Assembly (NCBI GenBank): GCA_041937175.2
Contig: CP166615.1
Span: 224,001 to 288,000, forward strand
Source: Limnothrix sp. BL-A-16
GTDB taxonomy: Bacteria; Cyanobacteriota; Cyanobacteriia; CACIAM-69d
Reading direction: 5' to 3'
Length of the DNA stretch: 64,000 nucleotides
Part shown: piece by piece, positions 29,424-39,508 of the stretch
Layout of the letters: every line of letters starts with the position of its first letter
Position numbering within the stretch: the stretch's first letter is position 1
Made by a program: the position numbers and the translations under genes
Notes under the pieces: model-generated
Seen by the model: only the letters and a program-made list of their open reading frames with translations
Database searches by the model: none
What the model was told of the DNA's origin: nothing

Positions 29424-30797
29424 TCAAGTCGGCCCAAGCAAGCCGGCCCAAGCAAGCCTAGCTGTGCCATAGGCCGCTTCCGTCTGCCTGGCCGATCGCA
29501 CGGGGCAACCCAAATGGCGCGATCGAATGGCCGTCCAAACATCGTTTTTTGCCCCACCGCCGGCCGTCTGCACTGATTGCAGCGGGCTGGCTCCCAACTG
29601 CTGCAATAGCCGATAGCCTTCGGCCTCAATTCGGGCTAAACCCTCCAAAATGCCTTGCAAAAAGGCGGTGGGATCCGTCGGTCGGGGCGTGAGACGCGGG
29701 GGCAGGTGGGGATCGCAAATGGGGAAGCGATCGCCCGGCTCCAGTAGGGGGTAATAGTCGAGGGGGCTGGGCTGCTGGGGATCAATTTGGGCACTGAGCC
29801 GTTGTAAATCTTGGTCAGAAAAGAAGTGCCGCAACACTCGGCCGCCCGCATTGGAAGCCCCGCCCACCAACCAGCGATCGGCTGAAGGTGGGCGAGAGGT
29901 CTTGCTGCCACCCACAGGGGCCAAGCTGGCCATCAACGATCGCCCCAGAAAGTGGCTATAGACCCCATGGGCGCGATCGGCCACGGGCTGCTCGCTCAGT
30001 AATTTAATTGCCAGGGTCGATCCCAAGGAAGTGACCGCCTGGCCCGGTTCCTGGACTCCGCTGGCCAAAAATGCCGCAATGCTATCGGTCGTGCCGGTGC
30101 AAATTTGGCAATCGATCGGGAAATCCCAGCGATCGGCCCACTGGGGCAAAATGGTTCCGATCGCCTGGCCCGGTTGGGCAATTTGGGGCAGTGATGGCGC
30201 AATATCCAAATCGCACAACCATTGGGGATAGGTTTGGCGGATGGGGTCGCCCCCCAATTTCAGCGCGTTGTGATAGTCCGTAATCCCGAATTGGCCGTGC
30301 AGTTGGGCCCCGAGCCAATCCGCTTGATGTAGCAATTGGGGCGGATCTGCCGTGGGCCATTGACCGTCGAATCGCGTTGCTCGCCACCAGAGCAGCTTGG
30401 CCAGGCTGGAGGTGGCACTGTGGGTGACGTGATCTGCTGGGGCGATCGCGGCAATCTGGGGCAAAACGGATTGGCCCCGATCGTCATCGTAGGCGAGGGG
30501 ATCGGTCAGAGGGTGACCCTGACGATCGCACAGCAGCACCGTTCCCGATGTGCCATTAATGGCGATCGCCCCCGTTTGTTGCCGCACCGATCGGGGCAAA
30601 TCCGCCAGCAGGGCCGTCAATTGCGCCAACCAATCGGCTGCATTCCCCAATCCCGTCCCCGATGCGCTCACCTGTGCCTGAGCCACCACCGATCCCCATC
30701 GATCGACCACCATGGCCCGGGCCCCGGAGGTTCCAAAATCAATGCCCATCGCCAACCGGTTGGCCCATCGTTCATCGAGGTCCCAATCCATACCCAT
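29424..30797 (-). CDS. FGGY-family carbohydrate kinase
   Basis: GIDFGTSG, GTTDSIAAF, SLGSTL, AGGGA motifs. Confidence 0.88.
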   Translation of the reverse strand: MGMDWDLDERWANRLAMGIDFGTSGARAMVVDRWGSVVAQAQVSASGTGLGNAADWLAQLTALLADLPRSVRQQTGAIAINGTSGTVLLCDRQGHPLTDPLAYDDDRGQSVLPQIAAIAPADHVTHSATSSLAKLLWWRATRFDGQWPTADPPQLLHQADWLGAQLHGQFGITDYHNALKLGGDPIRQTYPQWLCDLDIAPSLPQIAQPGQAIGTILPQWADRWDFPIDCQICTGTTDSIAAFLASGVQEPGQAVTSLGSTLAIKLLSEQPVADRAHGVYSHFLGRSLMASLAPVGGSKTSRPPSADRWLVGGASNAGGRVLRHFFSDQDLQRLSAQIDPQQPSPLDYYPLLEPGDRFPICDPHLPPRLTPRPTDPTAFLQGILEGLARIEAEGYRLLQQLGASPLQSVQTAGGGAKNDVWTAIRSRHLGCPVRSARQTEAAYGTARLAWAGLLGPT

Positions 30798-30868
30798 GGT
30801 TCCTAGTGGGTTAACTGCCAGTGCGTTAAGTTGAAGCTTGATTGCTGCCTTTGCCCAATTTTGCTCCT

Positions 30869-32269
30869 ATGCCTCAGCCGATCGCGCCTTCTGCCACCTC
30901 GCCTCAGGAATTGGTGAAAACCCAGCACGACTTTTTCAAGTTGGGCTACACCCGCGATGTGGATTATCGGCTGCGACGGCTTCAGGATCTGCGTCGAGCC
31001 ATTGAAGAACAGCAGGATCAGCTCCTACGGGCCTTGCAGATGGATTTGGGCAAACCCCCCTTTGAAGCGGTGCTGGCGGAGTTGGAATTTTGCCTATTGG
31101 AAATTGACCAGGCCCTCAAGCATCTGCGGAGCTGGGTTAAGCCCCGATCGGTCGGGTTGCCTGTCACCCTCTGGCCCGGTCGGGCCAAGGTGCAGCGGGA
31201 GCCGTTGGGGGTGGTGTTGATTATGGGGGCTTGGAACTATCCCGTGCAGTTGACCTTGGGGCCGCTGGTGGGGGCGATCGCGGCGGGCAACTGCGCGGTG
31301 ATTAAGCCCTCGGAGGTTGCTCCCCAGAGTTCTCGGGCGATCGCGGATTTAATTCGCCGGGCCTTTGACCCAATGTATGTGGCGGTGGCGGAAGGGGGAA
31401 TTCAAATCAGCCAAGCTTTGCTGGAGGAACCCTTCGATCATATTTTTTATACGGGTGGCCCCACGGTGGCGAAGGTGGTGATGGCCTACGCGGCCCAGCG
31501 ACTCACACCGGTCACCCTGGAGCTGGGGGGCAAAAATCCCTGCATTCTGGATCGCTCGGCCGATTTCCCGATCGCGGCCCGGCGAATTGTTTGGGGCAAG
31601 TTTTTCAATGCAGGACAAAGCTGCTTGGCCCCTGACTATGTGTTGGTGCCGCGCGATCGGGAAGCGGAGTTTCTGGCGTTGGCCCAAGGGGCCATCACCG
31701 ACTTTTTTGGCCCTACCCCCAGCCTCAGCCCCGATTTTGCCCGCATCGCCAATGACTATCACCTAGAACGGCTATTACGGCTGATTCCCGGCTCGGGCCA
31801 GAGGGTGGTGGGCGGGGATGCGGATCCGGCGCAGCGCTACTTGGCCCCAACCCTGTTGGCGGCGGTGCAGTGGAACGATCCCGTGATGCAAGAGGAGATT
31901 TTTGGGCCCATTTTGCCGGTGTTGGCCTACGACCACTTGGACGGGGCGATCGCCCAAATCAATGCCCGACCCCATCCTTTGGCCTGCTATGTGTTTGCCA
32001 ATGATCGCACCATCAGCCAAGCGATCGGCCGGGAAACCACCTCGGGATCCCTTTGTGTGAATGATTTGTTGGTGCAAGCCACCGTACCCGATTTGCCCTT
32101 CGGCGGCGTGGGAGCCAGCGGCATGGGTCGCTATCACGGCCGGGCTGGGTTTGAGCTATTTTCCTATCAGCGCAGCCACCTGTGGCGATCGGCCAAACCG
32201 GAATTTCCGATGCGCTATCCGCCCTACGACGACAACAAATTAGCTTGGCTGTCGCGATTGCGGTCTTAA
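30869..32269 (+). CDS. Aldehyde dehydrogenase (class 3-like)
   Basis: WNYP, KPSE, LELGGK, NAGQSC, EEIFGP motifs; start 30842 or 30869. Confidence 0.92.
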   Translation: MPQPIAPSATSPQELVKTQHDFFKLGYTRDVDYRLRRLQDLRRAIEEQQDQLLRALQMDLGKPPFEAVLAELEFCLLEIDQALKHLRSWVKPRSVGLPVTLWPGRAKVQREPLGVVLIMGAWNYPVQLTLGPLVGAIAAGNCAVIKPSEVAPQSSRAIADLIRRAFDPMYVAVAEGGIQISQALLEEPFDHIFYTGGPTVAKVVMAYAAQRLTPVTLELGGKNPCILDRSADFPIAARRIVWGKFFNAGQSCLAPDYVLVPRDREAEFLALAQGAITDFFGPTPSLSPDFARIANDYHLERLLRLIPGSGQRVVGGDADPAQRYLAPTLLAAVQWNDPVMQEEIFGPILPVLAYDHLDGAIAQINARPHPLACYVFANDRTISQAIGRETTSGSLCVNDLLVQATVPDLPFGGVGASGMGRYHGRAGFELFSYQRSHLWRSAKPEFPMRYPPYDDNKLAWLSRLRS

Positions 32270-32488
32270 CCGTCCCTTAAGCCCAAGGAAATATTAGGGG
32301 CGATCGTGATCGTGATCACCCCCTGTAGAATAGGATGCTGCAAGTTAGCCCAGCCCACTCCTAAATCACCCAATCGCAGATCCTCAGTGATTTGTCGCGA
32401 TTTTGGCTGGCAACTTTGGGCCAAACCCTCGCTTCGTCAACCCGCAGCGAACTAGACCTTTCCTATCTGCCAACCGCACACTCGCCCC

Positions 32489-34069
32489 ATGCCGAAGGTA
32501 CTTGTCTCCGACCCGATCGACAAAGCCGGCCTCGACATTCTGTCGCAAGTGGCCCAAGTCGATGTCCGCACCGGCCTGCCCGAAGATGAGCTGGTGCAAA
32601 TCATCGGTGAATATGACGCGCTCATGATTCGATCGGGTACCCGCGTCACTGCCCGTGTAATCGAAGCCGGCCAAAGCCTGAAAATCATTGGCCGCGCTGG
32701 GGTCGGAGTCGATAACGTGGATGTGCCCGCCGCCACCCGCCAAGGGGTTGTGGTTGTGAACTCGCCGGAAGGCAACACGATCGCCGCCGCTGAGCACGCC
32801 CTGGCCATGATGCTGTCCATGTCGCGCTACATCCCTGCCGCCAACGAGTCCACCAAGGCCGGCAACTGGGATCGCAAGAACTTCACGGGCGTGGAAGTTT
32901 ACAAAAAGACCCTCGGGGTTTTGGGGTTGGGCAAAATTGGCTCCCATGTGGCCTCCTGTGCCAAAGCTATGGGCATGAAGCTGCTGGCCTATGACCCCTT
33001 CATTTCCAAGGAGCGCGCCGAGCAGTTGGGTTGTCGCTTGGTGGATTTGGACTTGCTGTTCCGTGAGTCGGATTTCATCACCCTGCACATGCCCAAAACG
33101 CCGGAAACGGCCAACTTGATCAATGCTGAAGCGTTGGCCAAGATGAAGCCGACGGTGCGAATCGTCAACTGCGCCCGGGGCGGCATCATCGATGAGCAAG
33201 CGCTCTATGAAGCCCTGAAGGAAAATCGGATTGGCGGCGCGGCCCTCGATGTGTTTGTGGATGAGCCGCTGGGAGATTCACCCCTCAAGAGCTTGGGTAA
33301 AGAAGTGGTGCTGACTCCGCACTTGGGTGCTTCCACGGAAGAGGCTCAGGTGAATGTGGCGATCGACGTGGCGGAGCAAATTCGCGATGTGCTGTTGGGG
33401 CTGCCAGCGCGATCGGCTGTGAACATCCCGGGTCTTTATCCCGATGTGATGGAGCAACTGCGGCCCTACCTGAAGTTGGCGGAAACCCTGGGCACTTTGG
33501 TGAGCCAACTGGCTGGCGGTCGGGTGGAATCCCTGACGGTGCGCCTGCAAGGGGAATTGGCGGAAAAAGACAGCAAACCGATCACGATCGCGGCCCTGAA
33601 AGGCCTGCTGTCCCAGGCCCTGCGGGAACGGGTGAACTACGTCAACGCCAGCATTGAAGCCAAGGAGCGGGGCATCCGGGTGATTGAAACCCGCGATTCC
33701 TCCGTCCGGGACTACACCGGCTCGCTGCACCTGTCGGCGGTGGGTTCGCTGGGTGAACATTCGGCCACGGCCACCCTGCTGAGTGACGGCGAAATCCACA
33801 TCACCGGGATTGATGATTTCCCGATTAACGTCACTCCCACCCGCTACATGCTGCTGACCAAGCACCGGGATATGCCGGGGATCATTGGGAAAATCGGCTC
33901 GCTGCTGGGGAGCTTCAATGTGAATATCGCCAGTATGCAGGTGGGCCGCAAGATTGTGCGCGGCGATGCGGTGATGGTGCTGAGCATTGATGATCTGTTG
34001 CCCGATGGTCTGCTCGAAGAGATTGTGAAGGTTCCGGGCATCCGCGATGCTTTCACGGTGGTGCTTTAG
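32489..34069 (+). CDS. serA: D-3-phosphoglycerate dehydrogenase
   Basis: GRAGVGVDN, GLGKIG, TPHLGAST, C-terminal ACT domain. Confidence 0.96.
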   Translation: MPKVLVSDPIDKAGLDILSQVAQVDVRTGLPEDELVQIIGEYDALMIRSGTRVTARVIEAGQSLKIIGRAGVGVDNVDVPAATRQGVVVVNSPEGNTIAAAEHALAMMLSMSRYIPAANESTKAGNWDRKNFTGVEVYKKTLGVLGLGKIGSHVASCAKAMGMKLLAYDPFISKERAEQLGCRLVDLDLLFRESDFITLHMPKTPETANLINAEALAKMKPTVRIVNCARGGIIDEQALYEALKENRIGGAALDVFVDEPLGDSPLKSLGKEVVLTPHLGASTEEAQVNVAIDVAEQIRDVLLGLPARSAVNIPGLYPDVMEQLRPYLKLAETLGTLVSQLAGGRVESLTVRLQGELAEKDSKPITIAALKGLLSQALRERVNYVNASIEAKERGIRVIETRDSSVRDYTGSLHLSAVGSLGEHSATATLLSDGEIHITGIDDFPINVTPTRYMLLTKHRDMPGIIGKIGSLLGSFNVNIASMQVGRKIVRGDAVMVLSIDDLLPDGLLEEIVKVPGIRDAFTVVL

Positions 34070-34084
34070 CGATCGCTCAAATTA

Positions 34085-34107
34085 GGGTTGGGAAACCCAA
34101 CCCCTAC
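34085..34107 (-). repeat. GTAG-type REP-like hairpin after serA
   Basis: Minus strand reads GTAG followed by hairpin GGGTTGGGTTTCCCAACCC. Confidence 0.55.
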
Positions 34108-34134
34108 GGCGGTGGAAATGATGACGGATCCTAG

Positions 34135-34282
34135 GGCCTGTCGTCAAATCGCCCAAAATCTTGATTCCACCGTTGGCAGATTGTGGGGGACAAGGGGCTT
34201 AAGCCCCTTGTTACGACGACTGGGACATGGAAAATCAACCGTTTAACCGCTTTTGCTGGATTCTAGGAAATGACGACAAACC
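34135..34282. mobile_element. MITE family B (148 bp)
   Basis: GGCCTGTCGTCA...TGACGACAAACC flanked by CTAG (34131-34, 34283-86); internal palindrome 34189-34212. Confidence 0.8.
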
Positions 34283-34896
34283 CTAGGCTTCTTTGCTGAA
34301 AAACATCCGGAGCTAATGACTGGAGGGCTGAAAACCACTCCATGTAGATGCACCCCGATTGAAACCTCGATTGCTGGCTGGCCCAGCTCGAGGTTTTTTC
34401 TTGAGCAAAAATCGACTGATCAGTAGGCCGATGGGCTAACCCATGAGCAAGCCTATGAGCAAAATTAATGGTCACTCCCTGACAAAAAAACTAGGCGATC
34501 GGGCCTGACCCTGCTACCATACGGCCTAAGTTTTGTTACAAAGACAACAGTTTGCTGGTCGCATCTTTATTGATGCTGCTCACCGAGTCTGGCTGAGTCT
34601 AGCTGGATAAAACCTAAAAGGGGTCGGCAATTGGTCGGAGCAACGGCAAAACCGGATAACCGATTAAGCGCGATCCGTAACGTTGGCAGGCTGTCCTATA
34701 CCCATTTGGCTTCGATCTCCCGATCGATCCCAATCATTTCACTGTGGTGTGAGTCTCAAGCCGGAACCACTGCCGAAGGGAGTTTCACGCTCAAGGCTTT
34801 TACGCTTTCGTGCATTGGTCTAAGATTCCCTTCAGTTTGAAGCTCAACCAGTTCAACCACGTTAACGACCAGCAAACCTGAAACCGGGAGGCAAAC

Positions 34897-36627
34897 GTGC
34901 TGCGTTTGGAACGCATCCAAAAAATTTACCCAACGGGCCAAGTCCTGCGGGATGTGAGCTGGGAGGTCAAGCCCGGCGATCGGGTTGGGTTAGTTGGTGT
35001 GAATGGGGCAGGTAAATCCACCCAACTCAAAATCATCATGGGTGAGATTGAGCCAACGGCCGGGCAAATTATTCGCCCGGCTGATTTGCGCATTGGTTAT
35101 CTCAACCAAGAGTTTGATGTGGATCCTTGCCGCACGGTGCGCGAAGAACTGTTCTCGGCTTTCACGGAAGCTTGCGAGGTGCAGGATCAAATGCACCAAG
35201 TGCAAAACGAGATGGGTGTGGCGGATCCCGATCGCCTAGAAGCGTTGCTGCGCGATCTTGATCGTTTGCAACGCCGGTTTGAAGCCCTTGATGGCTATGG
35301 TCTAGAAGCCCGGGTCGATCGATTGTTGCCGGAACTGGGATTTGAGCCGGACGATGGCGATCGGCTGGTCAGTTCCTTCAGTGGCGGCTGGCAAATGCGG
35401 ATCTGCTTGGGCAAGGTGATGCTGCAAGAGCCGGATCTGTTGCTGCTGGACGAGCCGACCAACCACTTGGATCTTGAATCGATCGAGTGGCTCGAAGGCT
35501 ACCTAAAGCAACTGGGTAAACCGCTGGTCTTGATTTCCCATGACCGAGAATTTCTCGATCGGCTCTGTACCACCGTTGTGGAAACCGAGCGCGGTGTGTC
35601 CACCACCTATCTGGGTAACTATTCCCAATACCTGGCCCAAAAAGAAGAAAATCGCAGCGCCCTCCAAGCGGCCTACGATCGCCAACAAAAGGAGCTAGAC
35701 AAGCAGCAAGCCTTCGTCGATCGGTTCCGGGCCAGCGCCACCCGCAGCACCCAGGCCAAGAGTCGCGAAAAACAACTAGAAAAAGTGGAGCGCCTCGAAG
35801 CTCCCGTGGCCGACGTGCGCACCCTGCGGTTTCGGTTTCCGCCTGCCCCGCGCAGTGGTCGCGAGGTGGTCAAAATTGAAGACCTGACCCACGCTTGGGC
35901 CGATAAAATCCTGTTCCTGGGTGCAAACTTAACCGTGGAACGGGGCGATCGGATCGCCTTCTTGGGGCCCAATGGTTGCGGTAAATCCACCCTGTTGCGC
36001 ATGATCATGGGTCGGGAAACCCCCACCGAGGGAACCGCTCAAATTGGTCAACACAACGTGATCCCCGGGTATTTTGAGCAAAACCAAGCCGAAGCCCTGG
36101 ATTTACACAAAACCGTCATTGACACCCTGCGGGACGAAGCCCCAGACTGGAAAGAGGAAGAGGTGCGCAGCCTCTTGGGCCGTTTCCTGTTCAGTGGCGA
36201 AGCGGTGCTCAAGAAAGTTGAATCCTTGAGTGGGGGCGAAAAGGCGCGTTTAGCCCTCGCCAAAATGCTCGTTCAGCCCGTTAATCTGCTGATTTTGGAC
36301 GAGCCAACCAACCACTTGGACATTCCTGCAAAAGAAACCCTCGAATCAGCCCTGACGCAATTTGATGGCACTGCCTTGATCGTGTCGCACGATCGATACT
36401 TTATTTCGCAAGTTGCCAACAAAATTGTGGAAGTTCGTGAAGGCGAACTGCGCGTTTATCAGGGCAACTATCGCTACTATCTCGACAAAATTGCCGAGGA
36501 ACAAGAGCAAGCAAAGTTGGCAGCCATTGCCCAAGAGAAAACGGACAAAGCGGCCGCCAAGCGAGAGAAAGAGCGCGAAAAGCAACGGGCCAAGCAGGAC
36601 GCGAAAAAAGCAAACACCGGTTTGTAA
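34897..36627 (+). CDS. ABC-F family ATP-binding protein
   Basis: Two ABC cassettes (GVNGAGKS, GPNGCGKS, DEPTNHLD twice), no TM, charged tail. Confidence 0.93.
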   Translation: MLRLERIQKIYPTGQVLRDVSWEVKPGDRVGLVGVNGAGKSTQLKIIMGEIEPTAGQIIRPADLRIGYLNQEFDVDPCRTVREELFSAFTEACEVQDQMHQVQNEMGVADPDRLEALLRDLDRLQRRFEALDGYGLEARVDRLLPELGFEPDDGDRLVSSFSGGWQMRICLGKVMLQEPDLLLLDEPTNHLDLESIEWLEGYLKQLGKPLVLISHDREFLDRLCTTVVETERGVSTTYLGNYSQYLAQKEENRSALQAAYDRQQKELDKQQAFVDRFRASATRSTQAKSREKQLEKVERLEAPVADVRTLRFRFPPAPRSGREVVKIEDLTHAWADKILFLGANLTVERGDRIAFLGPNGCGKSTLLRMIMGRETPTEGTAQIGQHNVIPGYFEQNQAEALDLHKTVIDTLRDEAPDWKEEEVRSLLGRFLFSGEAVLKKVESLSGGEKARLALAKMLVQPVNLLILDEPTNHLDIPAKETLESALTQFDGTALIVSHDRYFISQVANKIVEVREGELRVYQGNYRYYLDKIAEEQEQAKLAAIAQEKTDKAAAKREKEREKQRAKQDAKKANTGL

Positions 36628-36734
36628 ATACCTTGTAACGTCTGGGATGCGCCACAAACCATCCCAGGCTTATAGGTTAAATCTCGGTGCTATTATGGCG
36701 GGAAAATTAAGCAAATATGAAGAGCAATCAGAGT

Positions 36735-38333
36735 ATGGTGGAGTCAACTGTCTCCCCTGTCGTGCTGATCATTCTTGACGGCTGGGGCTACCGCGAAGAT
36801 CGCAACGGTAATGCAATTGCTGAAGCGAAAACCCCGATCGTTGATAGCCTTTGGGCAGCCTATCCCCACACACTGATCCGCACATCAGGCAAGGCGGTTG
36901 GACTACCCGAGGGACAAATGGGTAACTCCGAGGTGGGCCACCTGAACATTGGTGCAGGTCGGATTGTGCCCCAAGAGTTGGTTCGCATTTCCGATGCCGT
37001 TGAAGACGATTCGATTTTGAACAATCCTGCCTTGGTGGCCACCTGCCAACAGGTGAAGGCCAGTGGCGGCAAGCTCCATCTGATTGGTCTTTGCTCCGAT
37101 GGGGGTGTGCATTCCCATCTGGATCATGTGGCTGGGTTACTGAAGCTGGCGAAGCAACAGGGAATTACCGAAGTTTGTATTCATGCCATCACCGATGGTC
37201 GCGATACTCAGCCCAACAGTGGCATTGGGTTTCTGACGCGACTGCAAGGGCTGCTTGATGACGCGGGGGTGGGGCAAATCACAACGGTTTCCGGGCGCTA
37301 CTACGCGATGGATCGCGATCGCCGCTGGGATCGGGTGCAAAAGGCCTACCAGGTGATGGCCACGGAGGGCGAGGTGGATGGGCGATCGCCCGTGCAGATC
37401 CTTCGGGACTCCTACGCGGAAAAGGTTTTTGATGAGTTCATTCTGCCGGTGCGGGTGGCTCCTGGAGCCGTGGCGGCCCAAGACGGTGTAATTTTCTTCA
37501 ATTTCCGTCCCGATCGGGCGCGGCAGCTCACCCAAGCGTTCATGGATCCTCAGTTTGATGGGTTTGAGCGTGAATTGGTGCAGCCGATCCATTTCGTCAC
37601 CTTCACCCAATATGATCCCGAGCTGCCCGTGGCCGTGGCCTTTGCGCCGCAGGATCTGAAAAACATCTTGGGTGAGGTGTTGGCGAATCATCGCCTCCGC
37701 CAGTTTCGAGCCGCTGAAACGGAAAAATATGCCCATGTCACCTACTTCTTCAATGGTGGCTTGGAAGATCCCTTTGAAGGGGAAGATCGGGTGTTGATCC
37801 CCAGCCCGATGGTGCCAACTTACGATCGCGCACCGGCCATGTCTGCGGACGCAGTGACCGATGCGGTAGTTTCCGCCATTCAAAAGGAGGTCTACTCCTT
37901 GGTGGTGGTGAACTATGCCAATCCGGACATGGTGGGCCACACCGGACAGATGGAAGCGGCCATTCAGGCCATTGAAACGGTCGATCGCTGTTTGGGCCGG
38001 GTGTTAACGGCGGTCTCCAAGGTGGGCGGCACGGTGCTGATCACCGCTGACCACGGCAATGCGGAATATATGTTTGATGAAGCGGGTAATCCCTGGACGG
38101 CTCACACCACCAACCGCGTCCCGTTTATCGTGGTCGAAGGGGAGCGCCGAAAGGTGGTCGGCCATGGCGGCGATGTTCAGTTGCGGGATGATGGTTGCTT
38201 GGCGGATATTGCGCCAACGATTCTGCAACTGCTGAATTTGCCGCAGCCCTCTGAAATGACGGGCAAGTCGATCGTGGCTCCGGCGGCCTATGAAGCCAAG
38301 TTGAATCGCACGCCAGTGACAGTGGGCGTTTAG
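36735..38333 (+). CDS. gpmI: 2,3-bisphosphoglycerate-independent phosphoglycerate mutase
   Basis: LIILDGWG, MGNSEVGH, ETEKYAHVT, ANPDMVGHTG, TADHGNAE. Confidence 0.96.
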   Translation: MVESTVSPVVLIILDGWGYREDRNGNAIAEAKTPIVDSLWAAYPHTLIRTSGKAVGLPEGQMGNSEVGHLNIGAGRIVPQELVRISDAVEDDSILNNPALVATCQQVKASGGKLHLIGLCSDGGVHSHLDHVAGLLKLAKQQGITEVCIHAITDGRDTQPNSGIGFLTRLQGLLDDAGVGQITTVSGRYYAMDRDRRWDRVQKAYQVMATEGEVDGRSPVQILRDSYAEKVFDEFILPVRVAPGAVAAQDGVIFFNFRPDRARQLTQAFMDPQFDGFERELVQPIHFVTFTQYDPELPVAVAFAPQDLKNILGEVLANHRLRQFRAAETEKYAHVTYFFNGGLEDPFEGEDRVLIPSPMVPTYDRAPAMSADAVTDAVVSAIQKEVYSLVVVNYANPDMVGHTGQMEAAIQAIETVDRCLGRVLTAVSKVGGTVLITADHGNAEYMFDEAGNPWTAHTTNRVPFIVVEGERRKVVGHGGDVQLRDDGCLADIAPTILQLLNLPQPSEMTGKSIVAPAAYEAKLNRTPVTVGV

Positions 38334-38414
38334 ACGCATGGAGGGCCGCTCGGGGTCTCCATCCGGCCGTAAAATGTTGATTCCGCTATTGCTGGGTACA
38401 ATCCTGCGTTCCCT

Positions 38415-38645
38415 ATGTTGACCACGATTTTGGAAATAATCTGGGCCCTGTCTGCCCTCGGTTTGGTGGTGTTTGTGCTGTTGCACAGCCCCAAGGGCGA
38501 CGGTCTCGGCGGCATTGGCGGCCAAGCTCAACTGTTTTCGAGCACCAAGAGCGCGGAAGCCACGCTAAATCGCATTACCTGGACGCTGGCTTTGGTGTTC
38601 ATGGGTTTGGCGGTGGTGCTGAGTGCTGGCTGGCTGAAGGGTTAG
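38415..38645 (+). CDS. secG: Preprotein translocase subunit SecG
   Basis: VLLHSPKGDGLGGIGG, SAEATLNRITW; follows gpmI. Confidence 0.93.
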   Translation: MLTTILEIIWALSALGLVVFVLLHSPKGDGLGGIGGQAQLFSSTKSAEATLNRITWTLALVFMGLAVVLSAGWLKG

Positions 38646-38658
38646 GGGCGATCGCCCA

Positions 38659-39504
38659 ATGGGTGGGATGTCCCGCAACCGACAACGATGGCAGGGCGCG
38701 ATGGTCTACGGGGCGATCGCGCTCTGTTGTGTTTTGGGCTGCCTGGCTTGGAGCGGTTTGGGGCTAGCCGATCGAGGGGGTGACTCGATCGCCCAAGCAA
38801 CGGAACCACCGCCGGCCCTGCTCTCCCAACTGCCGCCGCCCCAGGTACACCCGCTGCCAACCCGTTTGCAACAGTGGCGCGATCTCCCTGCGGCCCAACC
38901 AAGGGCTATCCCTCCAGGCGGTGGGGTTGGGGATTCCTTCAACCCAGATTACTTCGACCAAATTGAACCCTCAATCGTGGGTCACCTGATCTGGTCGCAG
39001 TTTCCGATCACCGTTGCCCTGGCTCCCACCCCGCCCCGAGCGGCAGCTTGGCGCAAGGCCGTGACCCAGGCGATCGCTGATTGGCAACCCTATCTATCGC
39101 TGCAACTACTGGATGCGGCGGATTCAACCCCGGCCGACATCACGATCGCTCTGGGCAATCCCACCCTGCGCACGGCGGCCGGCTTGCCCCGAGCCGCCAA
39201 CGCCCGCACCACCTATGAGTTCTATTGGGATCTGCGGGGCGATCGCCCCCGACTGGCCCACCGATTTACGATCGAGCTGCGGGGCGATCGTGCGTTTGCT
39301 CAACTGCTGGGCACAGCGCGCCACGAGTTGGGTCATGCCCTGGGGATTTGGGGCCACAGTCCTCATCCCCAAGACGCGCTTTATGCTGCCGCCGTGGCCA
39401 ATCCGCCCCCGATTTCCGATCGAGATCTGAACACCTTGGTCAAAGTTTATGAACAACCAACGCGCCTCGGTTGGTCTCTAAATTCCTATCAAATTCCCGA
39501 TTAA
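38659..39504 (+). CDS. Matrixin-like zinc metallopeptidase
   Basis: [12 protein letters not shown] zinc motif; N-terminal hydrophobic segment. Confidence 0.8.
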   Translation: MGGMSRNRQRWQGAMVYGAIALCCVLGCLAWSGLGLADRGGDSIAQATEPPPALLSQLPPPQVHPLPTRLQQWRDLPAAQPRAIPPGGGVGDSFNPDYFDQIEPSIVGHLIWSQFPITVALAPTPPRAAAWRKAVTQAIADWQPYLSLQLLDAADSTPADITIALGNPTLRTAAGLPRAANARTTYEFYWDLRGDRPRLAHRFTIELRGDRAFAQLLGTARHELGHALGIWGHSPHPQDALYAAAVANPPPISDRDLNTLVKVYEQPTRLGWSLNSYQIPD

Positions 39505-39508
39505 AACC

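Noticed and set aside
34620..34860. 6S RNA or another known ncRNA
   Set aside because: Only partial pairing and no confidently recognised family signature; needs an Rfam scan
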